Part shown: piece after piece, positions 39,651 through 49,052 of the stretch | Layout of the letters: every line of letters begins with the position of its first letter | How positions within the stretch are numbered: the stretch's first letter is position 1 | From: Thermodesulfobacteriota bacterium | GTDB taxonomy: Bacteria > Desulfobacterota > WTBG01 > JAGOGO01 | Reading direction: 5' to 3' | Assembly: GCA_026625185.1 (NCBI GenBank) | Contig: CP113000.1 | Coordinates: 1,623,161 to 1,687,160, forward strand | Length of the DNA stretch: 64,000 nucleotides | Position numbers and translations under genes: made by a program | The notes under the pieces: model-generated | The model's database searches: none | What the model saw: only the letters and a program-made list of their open reading frames with translations | What the model was told of the DNA's origin: nothing

Positions 39651-40043
39651 ATGAGATCGTTTACTATGACAAAAACGGTGGTCAAGAACCTGGTCAAGGG
39701 ACCCGCAACCCTCATGTACCCGAAAAAAAAGAGGTTTTTTACTAAGATTACCAGGGGAAGCGTAGAAATTGATATCCAGAAATGCATTTTCTGCGGGATA
39801 TGCAGCAAACGGTGTCCAACCTACGCCATTGTTGTCACCAAAGTCACCAAAGAATGCAAAGAATGGGAGATCGACCGCCTCAAATGCTGCGCCTGCAATC
39901 TTTGTGTTGAAGTCTGTCCGAAAAAGTGTCTCTCGATGACCAACCAGTATACCCCGCCAGCAAGAGATAGAACGGCAGGGATCCATAAACAAATTTTCAC
40001 CGGCCCTGAAATCCTTACGGGAAAGGAAGAGGAGCATTCCTAA
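39651..40043 (+). CDS. echF: Ech hydrogenase subunit F (NuoI-like 2x[4Fe-4S])
   Basis: Two ferredoxin cluster motifs are present (CIFCGICSKRCP and CCACNLCVEVCP). Confidence 0.8.
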   Translation: MRSFTMTKTVVKNLVKGPATLMYPKKKRFFTKITRGSVEIDIQKCIFCGICSKRCPTYAIVVTKVTKECKEWEIDRLKCCACNLCVEVCPKKCLSMTNQYTPPARDRTAGIHKQIFTGPEILTGKEEEHS

Positions 40044-40150
40044 CAGGGCCAGAATTAAAGAAATTATTTGCAAATCAATTAAATATATTTTAAAATTGCA
40101 AAATAAAACTGTTATCAAAAACTGGCTAAGAAGAAGCAAGGGGAAAAACA

Positions 40151-40345
40151 ATGGCAAAAACGGTGGTTATCGATACGCCCGAATGCACGGCATGCGGAAC
40201 CTGTGTGGAGATATGTCCGGAAGTTTTTGCACTTGAGGATGGAGCTGAGGCTGCGACCGTAATCCAACCCACCGGCGGGCCGGAAGACTCTATCCAGGAG
40301 GCGATTGGTAGCTGCCCTACCTCGTGTATTCACTGGCAGGATTAG
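40151..40345 (+). CDS. fdx: Small monocluster ferredoxin
   Basis: The 64-aa ORF has the pattern CTACGTCVEICP...CP.SCI, like single-cluster [4Fe-4S]/[3Fe-4S] ferredoxins. Confidence 0.75.
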   Translation: MAKTVVIDTPECTACGTCVEICPEVFALEDGAEAATVIQPTGGPEDSIQEAIGSCPTSCIHWQD

Positions 40346-40533
40346 TTCCCGGACTGTCTTTTTTTCTTAATAATCTTACCTTCAATCTTGGGCGTGTGCT
40401 GGTTGTGTTTTTGTCTATCCTTATTACCGGCCAGGTTACCGGTGACGGAGAATCAAATTGGCTCAAAGGAGTGCAGCTCCTTGCGGTCTATGTGATTTTA
40501 GGTATTGTTTTCTTTTTTAGTGTCGGAGAATGA
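40324..40533 (+). pseudogene. C-terminal remnant of a Ca2+:H+ (CAX/ChaA-family) antiporter
   Basis: The last 45 aa (ITGQVTGDGESNWLKGVQLLAVYVILGIVFFF) match the conserved CAX C-terminal helix. The N-terminal roughly 280 aa are absent, and the fragment overlaps the fdx 3' end. Confidence 0.5.
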
Positions 40534-40577
40534 TTAAAACAAACAATGAGGAAACCCATTTATTTTGGTTATGACTC

Positions 40578-41261
40578 ATGAAATGGGCAGATAATTTTTT
40601 CGGATACTTCCGAAGAATCCGTTTTATTTTTCTCTTTTTCTTCCTGCTGCTTTGCATCGGCATAATGCCTCTTTTGACCGAGTGGGGGTTCGGCTATGTA
40701 TCAGAAATTTTACAGGTGATTCTTGCCCTCACCCTCATCGCCTCCTTGATCACCATTGTTAGGGAGCGTCTCTTGTCTGGTTTATTTGTCATTGTATTTG
40801 TGATGGCGGTTCTTAAGTTGTTGTATCTTTTGCTTCATTTCAATGTTTTCCTGCCTACGAGTCAAGGGCTCCAGGTATTTTTTTGTTTGATAGCGGTCGT
40901 CCTGATTTTACGGTTTATCATGCAGGTGAAAACGGTCGATAACGATGTTGTTTTTGCTGCGTTAAGCGTTTATCTTTTATTCGGTCTCATTTTTGGTTTC
41001 ATTTATTTCATGGTAGAAGGACTGTCGCCCGGTTCTCTTGTCCACAACGTGACAAGCGCTTCTCTTGAAGGAGGTATCCGCTTAAGTCAAGCCGTTTATT
41101 TCAGTTTCGTTACCCTCGCGACATTAGGGTATGGTGATATAATACCAGCGAACGACATAATAAGGTCCCTGGCAATCATACAAACAATGTGCGGTCAGGT
41201 TTATCTGGTGGTATTGGTTGCCCGTCTGGTAACCCTTTATGGAGGGTCTTATAAACGATAA
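40578..41261 (+). CDS. Potassium channel (two-TM pore domain, TLGYGD selectivity filter)
   Basis: The TLATLGYGDIIP filter motif is flanked by TM helices and preceded by additional N-terminal TMs. Confidence 0.7.
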   Translation: MKWADNFFGYFRRIRFIFLFFFLLLCIGIMPLLTEWGFGYVSEILQVILALTLIASLITIVRERLLSGLFVIVFVMAVLKLLYLLLHFNVFLPTSQGLQVFFCLIAVVLILRFIMQVKTVDNDVVFAALSVYLLFGLIFGFIYFMVEGLSPGSLVHNVTSASLEGGIRLSQAVYFSFVTLATLGYGDIIPANDIIRSLAIIQTMCGQVYLVVLVARLVTLYGGSYKR

Positions 41262-41337
41262 AAAAATAAAGAGACCTTTTAAGAATCGCTCGTAATGAGT
41301 GATTAGGATAATCACCTATAGTTTTGAGGTTAACAAA

Positions 41338-42552
41338 ATGAAATCATTTCCCGTCACGCGTTCTTCTTTTTTGTTTGTATTCCTAATTATTTTTTATTTG
41401 GTGGGTTCTTTTTTTGCCGGCTGCAAAAAAAGCCCTCAGACCGGGTCTCCACCGCCAGACGTTGAAGTCGTTTCGGTTCAGCAAAAGGATGTTCCTATTT
41501 ATACTGAGTGGGTTGGCACAATGGATGGATTGGTGAATGCCACCATCCGGGCCCAGGTTTCGGGTTATCTCATCAAACAGAACTACCAGGAAGGCGAATT
41601 GGTCAGAAAAGGGCAGGTGCTCTTTGAAATCGATCCGCGATCGTTCCAGGCGGCGTTGGCGCAGGCTCAAGGGGAACTCGCCCGGCAGGAGGCAGCTCAT
41701 GAGAATGCGAGCCTCACTTTAGCGAGAGTAAAACCCCTTGCGGAGCAGAATGCGCTGAGCAAAAGAGACCTTGACAACGCAACGAGCACCGAACTGGCGA
41801 CTCAGGCATCAGTTTTCGCTGCCAAGGCAGCAGTGCAAAAGGCGGAGTTGGATCTTGAATTCACGCGGATCACCTCCCCTATTGACGGCATCGCGGGGAT
41901 TGCCAAAGCCCAGCTTGGCAACCTAGTGGGACCGGGAGCAAGCGAGGAATTGACCACCGTTTCCACCGTTGATCCTATCAAGGTTTACATTCAGTTGAGC
42001 GAACAACAGTATTTGAAAAGCAGACAAGCACTGGAGGCGCGCGAGGCGCAAGCCCGAGAGGTTCCTCTTCAACTAATTCTTGCGGACGGGAGTGTATACC
42101 CTCACCAGGGGCAATTCTCCCTGGCAGACCGTCAGGTGGATGTGACCACGGGAACGCTTAAGGTCGCCACCCTCTTCCCTAATCCGGGGAATCTCCTCCG
42201 TCCAGGCCAGTTTGGTCGGGTCTGCGCACAATTGGAAGTTAAGAAAGGTGCGCTGCTCGTGCCCCAGCGGGCTGTAACGGAAATGCAAGGAAAATATCTA
42301 GTCGCGGTCATAGAGAAGGACAATAAGGTCGATGTCAGGCCGGTGCAGGTCGCGGAGAAAATAAGTTCGGACGTCATAATTTCCCAGGGGCTGAAATTCG
42401 GCGAGAAAGTTGTGGCTGAGGGAATACAGAAGGTAAAATCGGGACAAATGGTTATTCCCAAGCCTTTCGCTCCCGAGAAACCGACTGTCGCTTCGGGAGA
42501 TTCCGGTAGGACGGAGGCGAAACCTTCCCCGGCTCCAATGAAAAAGAGGTAA
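41338..42552 (+). CDS. RND efflux periplasmic adaptor (membrane fusion protein), copy 1
   Basis: The protein has lipobox AGC, the HlyD/biotin-lipoyl-like hairpin (VLFEIDPRSFQAALAQAQGELA) and a beta-barrel C-terminus. Confidence 0.8.
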   Translation: MKSFPVTRSSFLFVFLIIFYLVGSFFAGCKKSPQTGSPPPDVEVVSVQQKDVPIYTEWVGTMDGLVNATIRAQVSGYLIKQNYQEGELVRKGQVLFEIDPRSFQAALAQAQGELARQEAAHENASLTLARVKPLAEQNALSKRDLDNATSTELATQASVFAAKAAVQKAELDLEFTRITSPIDGIAGIAKAQLGNLVGPGASEELTTVSTVDPIKVYIQLSEQQYLKSRQALEAREAQAREVPLQLILADGSVYPHQGQFSLADRQVDVTTGTLKVATLFPNPGNLLRPGQFGRVCAQLEVKKGALLVPQRAVTEMQGKYLVAVIEKDNKVDVRPVQVAEKISSDVIISQGLKFGEKVVAEGIQKVKSGQMVIPKPFAPEKPTVASGDSGRTEAKPSPAPMKKR

Positions 42553-42558
42553 GGCACT

Positions 42559-45500
42559 ATGTCGAAGTTCTTCATCAACAGACCAATCGTGGCCATGGTC
42601 ATTTCCATACTGATGGTCATCGTCGGCCTCGTCGCTGCTACGGGGCTCCCCATCGCTCAGTTCCCGAACATTGTTCCTCCGGCGATCCAAGTAAACGCTA
42701 CTTACACCGGGGCTGACGCCCTTACTGTTGAGCAGTCGGTTGCCACGCCCATCGAGCAGCAGATGTCCGGGGTCGACAACCTGGACTACATGTACTCCAT
42801 CAACACCAACAACGGGATGATGACCCTTTACAACTACTTCAACCTGAAAACCGAGGCCAACACCGACCAGATTCTCTCCCAGATGCGGCAGAATCAGGCA
42901 CAGTCGCAGCTTCCCAAGGATGTCGTTGATTATGGGGTGACGGTGCAGAAATCCACCTCGTCGCCCCTCATCATGTTCGCCCTTTACTCCCCCAACGGGA
43001 CCTACGATGCCGTCTTCCTCGCAAACTATTCCTACATCAACATCAACGACCAGATGACCCGGATCAAGGGGATCGCCAGCGTCACGGTATACGGTGTCGG
43101 CCAATACGCCATGCGGCTCTGGGTCAAGCCGGACCAGCTCGCCAAGTTAAACATCACTATTCCGGAGATCATGAACGCGGTCAAGGCCCAGAATACCGTC
43201 AACCCATCAGGCATGGTGGGCGCCGAGCCGGTACCGAAAGGCCAGGAGTTTACCTACTCCGTTCGGTCCCAGGGAAGACTCCAGACCGAGGAGCAGTTCG
43301 GTGACATCGTGCTCCGTGCTAATCCCGACGGCTCCATTGTCAGGGTCAGGGACGTGGCGCGCATCGCGCTGGGGTCCCAGACTTACAACGTGCAAAGTCG
43401 CTTCAACGGCAAGCCGTGCGCCCTCATCGCCCTCTTCCAGATGCCTGGAACCAACGCTCTGGATGCCGCCAACGGCACCAAAAAGCTGATGGAGGAGCTG
43501 AAGAAGAGCTTCCCGCCCGATCTAGACTATGAGGTAACGCTGGATACCACTTTGGCAGTTACTGAAGGAATGCAGGAGATGAAAAAGACCTTTTTCGAGG
43601 CTCTCTTCCTCGTTGTTCTGGTCGTCTTCGTCTTCCTCCAGGGGTGGCGGGCGACCCTTATTCCGCTCCTGGCAGTACCGGTCTCGTTGGTGGGGACCTT
43701 TGCGGTCTTTCCCCTCCTCGGCTTTTCGATCAATACGCTGTCCCTCTTCGGCCTTATCCTCGCTATTGGCCTGGTAGTGGACGATGCCATCGTCGTGGTT
43801 GAGGCCGTGGAGCACCACATTGAGCACGGCCTCTCGCCCAAGGATGCGGCACTCAAGGCCATGGAGGAGGTCTCAGGCCCGGTCATCGCCATTGCCATTA
43901 TTCTCGCGGCGGTCTTTGTCCCGACCGCCTTCATCCCCGGCATCACCGGCCAGCTTTACCAGCAGTTCGCGGTGACCATCGCTGTCTCGGTAATCCTCTC
44001 CGCTTTCAACGCCCTCTCCCTCTCCCCGGCGCTCTGCGCGCTGCTGCTGAAGCCCAAGAAGAAGGGTGCCGGTCCGCTCCAGAAGTTCTACGACTGGTTC
44101 AACCGGGTCTTCGGCCGGGCCACCGACGGCTACGTGGGAATCTGCGGCGTCGCCGTTCGGAAGAGTTTAATTAGCTTCCTCTTATTAGGGGGGGTCACGG
44201 TCCTGGCTGGGGTATCGGGCAAAGCCATCCCCACCAGCTTCCTCCCGGACGAGGACCAAGGGTTCATCTTTGCCGGCGTGCAGCTGCCCGACGCCGCCTC
44301 GCTCCAGCGGACCCGCGAGGTAGCCCGGCAGGCCGAAGAAATCATCATGAAGACCCCGGGCGTCAATTACTGCTCCTCGATTATCGGTTACAACATGCTC
44401 AGCCAGGTGCAGAACACTTATAGCGCTTTCTTCTTCATTTCCCTTGAGGAATGGTCCACTCGGAAGGAGCCGGAAGCGCAGTATGAGGCAATCAAGGCGT
44501 CGATCTCGAAGAGGATGGCCGGCATTCCCGGTGCCATCGGTTTCGCCTTCCCGCCGCCAGCAATCATGGGGGTTGGCACCTCGGGTGGGGTCACTTTTAT
44601 CCTTCAGGACCGGGCCGGCAAGGACATCGGTTTTCTTGCCGAGAACACGCAAAAGTTCATCGAAGAGGCCAAAAAACGACCCGAGCTGGCGCGCGTCACC
44701 ACCACCTTCCTCCCCACCGTGCCACAACTCTATGTGGATGTAGATCGGGACAAGGTGCTCAAGCAGGGGGTCAACATCTCAGATATGTATAAAGTCCTGC
44801 AATGCTTCATGGGGAGTGGCTTCATCAACTACTTTAACCGGTTCGGCCGCCAGTGGCAGGTATTCCTACAGGCCGAGGGGGACTACCGGACCAACATTGA
44901 AAACATAGGCCAGTTCTACGTGCGCAACAGCGACGGGAAATCGGTTCCGCTCTCGGCACTCACCTCGGTTCGCAACATCACCGGGCCGGAATTTACCATG
45001 CGCTACAATCTCTACCGTTCAGCCCAGATCAATGCCTCGGCGTCCCCGGGGTATAGTTCGGCACAGGCCATGCAGGCGCTCGAGGAGGTCTTCGCCCAGA
45101 CCATGCCGCGCGAAATGGGGTACGACTATAGCGGCATGTCATTCCAGGAGAAGAAAGCCCAACAGGGGGTCTCGCCGGCGGTGATCTTCGCCTTCTCGTT
45201 TCTCTGTGTCTTCTTGATCCTGGCGGCCCAGTACGAGAGCTGGTCGCTGCCGTTCTCGGTACTTCTCGGAACACCCATTGCAGTGGCCGGGGCTTTCGGC
45301 GGACTTTTAATGCGACACTTTGAAAATAACGTCTATGCCCAGATCGGTCTGGTCATGCTGATCGGCCTGGCGGCCAAGAACGCAATCCTGATCGTCGAGT
45401 TTGCCAAGATGGAGTATGAGAAGGGCAAGCCGCTGGTCGAAGCGACCCTTGAGGGGGCGCGGCTCCGGCTTCGGCCCATCCTGATGACCTCCTTCGCCTT

Positions 45501-45711
45501 TATCCTCGGCTGTGTGCCGCTGGCTATCGCCAGTGGGGCCGGTGCGATATCGCGCCAGGTCATGGGCACGGCGGTCATCGGCGGCATGCTGGCGGCCTCC
45601 TTCATCGCCATCTTCCTCATACCGGTTACCTTTTATGTCGTGGAAAAAATCTCCCATCGAGGCACTCATTCGGATTCTTCAATGAACAAGGAGGATAAAC
45701 CTCATGGGTAA
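42559..45711 (+). CDS. RND multidrug efflux permease (HAE1/AcrB family), copy 1
   Basis: The 1050-aa ORF has 12 TMs and two large periplasmic loops. The N-terminus MSKFFINRPIVAMVISILMVIVG is AcrB-like. Confidence 0.85.
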   Translation: MSKFFINRPIVAMVISILMVIVGLVAATGLPIAQFPNIVPPAIQVNATYTGADALTVEQSVATPIEQQMSGVDNLDYMYSINTNNGMMTLYNYFNLKTEANTDQILSQMRQNQAQSQLPKDVVDYGVTVQKSTSSPLIMFALYSPNGTYDAVFLANYSYININDQMTRIKGIASVTVYGVGQYAMRLWVKPDQLAKLNITIPEIMNAVKAQNTVNPSGMVGAEPVPKGQEFTYSVRSQGRLQTEEQFGDIVLRANPDGSIVRVRDVARIALGSQTYNVQSRFNGKPCALIALFQMPGTNALDAANGTKKLMEELKKSFPPDLDYEVTLDTTLAVTEGMQEMKKTFFEALFLVVLVVFVFLQGWRATLIPLLAVPVSLVGTFAVFPLLGFSINTLSLFGLILAIGLVVDDAIVVVEAVEHHIEHGLSPKDAALKAMEEVSGPVIAIAIILAAVFVPTAFIPGITGQLYQQFAVTIAVSVILSAFNALSLSPALCALLLKPKKKGAGPLQKFYDWFNRVFGRATDGYVGICGVAVRKSLISFLLLGGVTVLAGVSGKAIPTSFLPDEDQGFIFAGVQLPDAASLQRTREVARQAEEIIMKTPGVNYCSSIIGYNMLSQVQNTYSAFFFISLEEWSTRKEPEAQYEAIKASISKRMAGIPGAIGFAFPPPAIMGVGTSGGVTFILQDRAGKDIGFLAENTQKFIEEAKKRPELARVTTTFLPTVPQLYVDVDRDKVLKQGVNISDMYKVLQCFMGSGFINYFNRFGRQWQVFLQAEGDYRTNIENIGQFYVRNSDGKSVPLSALTSVRNITGPEFTMRYNLYRSAQINASASPGYSSAQAMQALEEVFAQTMPREMGYDYSGMSFQEKKAQQGVSPAVIFAFSFLCVFLILAAQYESWSLPFSVLLGTPIAVAGAFGGLLMRHFENNVYAQIGLVMLIGLAAKNAILIVEFAKMEYEKGKPLVEATLEGARLRLRPILMTSFAFILGCVPLAIASGAGAISRQVMGTAVIGGMLAASFIAIFLIPVTFYVVEKISHRGTHSDSSMNKEDKPHG

Positions 45712-47206
45712 GCTTATTAATGAACAGATCTCCTTCACAATTGCACTTCTTATGTTTTTTATGGTCGCTTGTGCTATTGGTCCTGATTACCAAAGGCCGA
45801 AGGTAGATATTTCGCAAGCCTGGCGTTTTGAGGAAAAAGAAGCTTTGGATGTTGCCAATACTGCCTGGTGGGAGCAGTTCAATGACCCGGTTTTAAATGA
45901 ATTGATTCAGATTGCCCTCAAAGAAAATAAAGACCTGATGGTTGCTTCAGCACGGATCGAGGAGTTTATCGGCCGCTACCGCACCACCCGCTCCTATTTG
46001 TTTCCCAAAATTAACGCCCAAGCAGTGGGGGGAAGATCCCGTGCAACCGAGGAAGGGCCTTCTCCGTTGTCACCGAGCATTGAAAATCCTTCTGACTTTT
46101 TTCAAGGGTTTTTCTTTGGAAGTTGGGAAATTGACCTCTGGGGAAAGCTGCGGCGGGCCAAGGAAGCAGCCCGGGCTGATTTGCTGGGCACCGAAGAAGG
46201 TCGGCGAGGAGTGATTTTAACTCTGGTGGCCGCGGTGGCCAATGGCTATATTAACCTGCGAGACTTAGACCGGGAGCTGGAGATTTCCAAGCGCACTGCC
46301 ACGACCCGTGACGGAACCTATAAGATGTTTAAGCTTCGTTTCGAAGCCGGTGTCATTTCTGAGCTTGAGCTCAGCCAGGTAAAATCAGAATACGAGGCGG
46401 CCCTGGCCGCCATCCCGCAGTTTGAAAAGGCCATTGCCCAGCAGGAGAATGCCTTAAGCATTTTACTCGGCCGTAATCCTGGGGTTATTACCCGGGGAAA
46501 GATGATTGATGAGTTAGCTCTGCCTGTAGTTCCCCAAGGGGTTCCTTCCGATGTGCTCGACCGGCGGCCGGATATTCGGCAGGCGGAACAAGATCTCATT
46601 GCTGCCAATGCACGAATTGGTGTTGCTAAGGCAGCGTATTTCCCCAGCATCTCCCTGACGGGAGATTATGGTTATGCCAGTACGGAACTTTCAAATTTGT
46701 TTGATGGTCCGGCGAAGGCCTGGAGCTGGACTGCGCCCATTGTTGCTCCCATCTTTACTGCCGGACAAATTTCCGGCGAAGTAAAGGCAGCAAATGCTAT
46801 GCAGCAACAGGCTCTTTTTCGTTACCAGCAGGTGATACAAAATGCTTTTCGCGAAGTGGATGATTCGCTCATTGACCAAAACAAAACAAGGGAGCAACTT
46901 GGTGCTCAAGGAAGGCAAGTAGAGGCTTTGCGCCAATATGCTCGATTAGCGCGGCTGCGTTTTGATGAAGGGTATACTAGCTATATTGAGGTGCTTGATG
47001 CGGAGCGGAGCCTTTTTGATGTTGAGCTTTCCTATACTCAAACCCAGGCTACCGTGTTTCAGGCGCTCGTAAATCTTTACAAGTCAATGGGTGGTGGTTG
47101 GGTGAACGAGGCAGATAAGCTGACGATTGACATGTCTGGTACAGGGAAGCCGGCTCAGGAAACTCTTTGGGAGCGGATGAAAGGGGCACTGCAACTCATA
47201 AATTAA
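45704..47206 (+). CDS. Outer-membrane efflux lipoprotein (NodT/OprM family), copy 1
   Basis: The protein has a lipobox (MVAC) followed by IGPDYQRP, and tandem TolC-like repeats. Its start overlaps the RND stop. Confidence 0.8.
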   Translation: MGKLINEQISFTIALLMFFMVACAIGPDYQRPKVDISQAWRFEEKEALDVANTAWWEQFNDPVLNELIQIALKENKDLMVASARIEEFIGRYRTTRSYLFPKINAQAVGGRSRATEEGPSPLSPSIENPSDFFQGFFFGSWEIDLWGKLRRAKEAARADLLGTEEGRRGVILTLVAAVANGYINLRDLDRELEISKRTATTRDGTYKMFKLRFEAGVISELELSQVKSEYEAALAAIPQFEKAIAQQENALSILLGRNPGVITRGKMIDELALPVVPQGVPSDVLDRRPDIRQAEQDLIAANARIGVAKAAYFPSISLTGDYGYASTELSNLFDGPAKAWSWTAPIVAPIFTAGQISGEVKAANAMQQQALFRYQQVIQNAFREVDDSLIDQNKTREQLGAQGRQVEALRQYARLARLRFDEGYTSYIEVLDAERSLFDVELSYTQTQATVFQALVNLYKSMGGGWVNEADKLTIDMSGTGKPAQETLWERMKGALQLIN

Positions 47207-47224
47207 ACCGTCTCTGTTTCTTTT

Positions 47225-47343
47225 TTAGGTATTACCCGTAGCTTCATATACCAAGTCTAAAGTGCGCTGAACGCCCAGGGTTGATGCTACTTCACAACCC
47301 GGCGCCCTACCTTGATATGCCAGCCTTCTTCTCTCGATTCAAT
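47225..47343 (-). repeat. Duplicated 3'-end fragment of trmB (last ~39 codons), copy of 53799-53917
   Basis: The sequence is near-identical at nucleotide level to the 3' end of the intact trmB at 53799. It encodes ...HIKVAPGCEVASTLGVQRTLDLVYEATGNT*. Confidence 0.6.
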
Positions 47344-47651
47344 GTCGTTTTGTCTTTCCGCCTTAACACCCCTTCCTGTCTGCTGTCATTTGTGATCATG
47401 GCAGTCACTTTCGATCTTATTGAGTGAATATCTCCCGGAAAATCAGTATCCCTCACAGGACGAAAACCCGACATTTATTTTTATTTTATTTTTTAAATAA
47501 ATATGAAATAATAGCCGAAAAAAAAGGACACGATTATCCCAATGATATGACTATCATTTTCGGTAAGGGGAGGTTATTAAGGCTTCACGGGTTTTTTGTT
47601 TTCAAAAGGTGCAGATTATAGCCCAAAACCAAATTTTTTCCGAGGGGTAAT

Positions 47652-47722
47652 GATAAAAAATTGTGTGGCAGGTTTATCTGGTGGTGTTGGTTGCCCGTCT
47701 GGTAACACTTTTTAGAGGGTCT
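47652..47722 (+). repeat. Duplicated 3'-end fragment of the K+ channel gene (copy of ~41193-41263)
   Basis: CAGGTTTATCTGGTGGTGTTGGTTGCCCGTCTGGTAAC is repeated with few changes. It marks the left boundary of the second copy of the RND operon. Confidence 0.6.
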
Positions 47723-47813
47723 CCGAAATGATAAAAAAAGCAGAGGAACTGTTTGAGAAACCCTTTTAAAAAAAATTTGTTTGAATAACCACCCCTACTT
47801 TGAGGTTAACACC

Positions 47814-49037
47814 ATGAAATCATTTTCCATCCTGCGATCTTCTTTTTTGTTCGTCTTTTTAATTAGTTATTGTTTGGTGTTTTTCCTTTTTCCCGGCTGC
47901 AAAAAAGCAGACGTATCCCAGGCACGGCCGCCTGCACAGGTGTCGGTTATTAAGATCGAACTCAAAGACATGCCGGTGAGCCTCGAGTTCGTAGGCCAGA
48001 CCCAGAGCTCGCACCAAGTGGAGATCCGGGCGCGGGTAAACGGTTTTCTTGACGAACGAACGTACGTTGAAGGAACCCTTGTCCATGACGGCGATGTTAT
48101 GTTCAGGATGGACCCGAAACCTTACCAGGCGCAACTGCAGGCGGCACAGGGCGAGCTCGCCCAACAGCAGGCGCGACTGACCACGGCCCGGGCAAACCTC
48201 GCGAGGGTCAAACCGCTCGTTGAGCAGGACGCTTTGTCGCAAAAGGATCTCGATGACGCTACGGGCCAGGAACAGACTGCCGCAGCAGCCGTGGAATCGG
48301 CCAAGGCCAACGTAGAGGAAACCAAGCTCAATCTGGGGTACACAACGATAATCACACCGGTGACCGGACTTTCGAGCTATGCCCGCGTGCAGGACGGCGC
48401 TTACGTCAACCAGTCGAACAGTCTTCTTACCTATGTCTCTCAGATTGATCCGATATGGGTTACCTTCAGTCTGTCGGAGAACGATGTTCTCAAATCTCGC
48501 AGTGAGGCGGAACGTGGCCAGCTTGTGTTGCCGAAGGAAGATGCCTATGAAGTGGAGGTCGAGCTTGGGGATGGTTCGATATTTCCCGAGAGAGGTCGCA
48601 TTACCTTCGCAGACGCGGAATATAACCAGCAAACAGGCACGTTCCTGCTTCGGGCCACCCTTCCGAATCCCAAAGGCCATTTGCGGCCTGGGCAGTTTGT
48701 CCGCGTGCACATCCTGGGCGTCATACGGCCGAAAGCGATCCTCGTCCCTCTACGTGCCGTACAGCAGGGGGACAAAGGCCACTTCATCTGGGTGGTGAAT
48801 AAAGAGGGCAAGGCTGAGCAAAGGCCGGTAGTAGTGGGCGATTGGATGGGAAATAACTGGTTCATCAACGAGGGACTCATTGCCGGCGACCAGGTGGTCG
48901 TTGATGGTGGCCTCACCTTGCGGCCCGGCGATCCGGTTACGGTTAAGTCCCAGATGTCCACCGTGGAATCTGCCCCCGGCAGCGCTGTTCTGAAAGCAGA
49001 CGCTGGGAAAACCGAACCTACCATGAGCCAAAAATAA
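47814..49037 (+). CDS. RND efflux periplasmic adaptor, copy 2
   Basis: The signal peptide and the sequence upstream of the ATG are almost identical at nucleotide level to copy 1. The protein body is only moderately similar. Confidence 0.8.
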   Translation: MKSFSILRSSFLFVFLISYCLVFFLFPGCKKADVSQARPPAQVSVIKIELKDMPVSLEFVGQTQSSHQVEIRARVNGFLDERTYVEGTLVHDGDVMFRMDPKPYQAQLQAAQGELAQQQARLTTARANLARVKPLVEQDALSQKDLDDATGQEQTAAAAVESAKANVEETKLNLGYTTIITPVTGLSSYARVQDGAYVNQSNSLLTYVSQIDPIWVTFSLSENDVLKSRSEAERGQLVLPKEDAYEVEVELGDGSIFPERGRITFADAEYNQQTGTFLLRATLPNPKGHLRPGQFVRVHILGVIRPKAILVPLRAVQQGDKGHFIWVVNKEGKAEQRPVVVGDWMGNNWFINEGLIAGDQVVVDGGLTLRPGDPVTVKSQMSTVESAPGSAVLKADAGKTEPTMSQK

Positions 49038-49052
49038 GGGAGGGACCGGGTA

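Noticed and set aside
47424-47621. 65-aa ORF in the junction between the two RND operon copies
   Set aside because: It is a low-complexity AT-rich frame with no RBS. The region is better explained as duplication-junction spacer.
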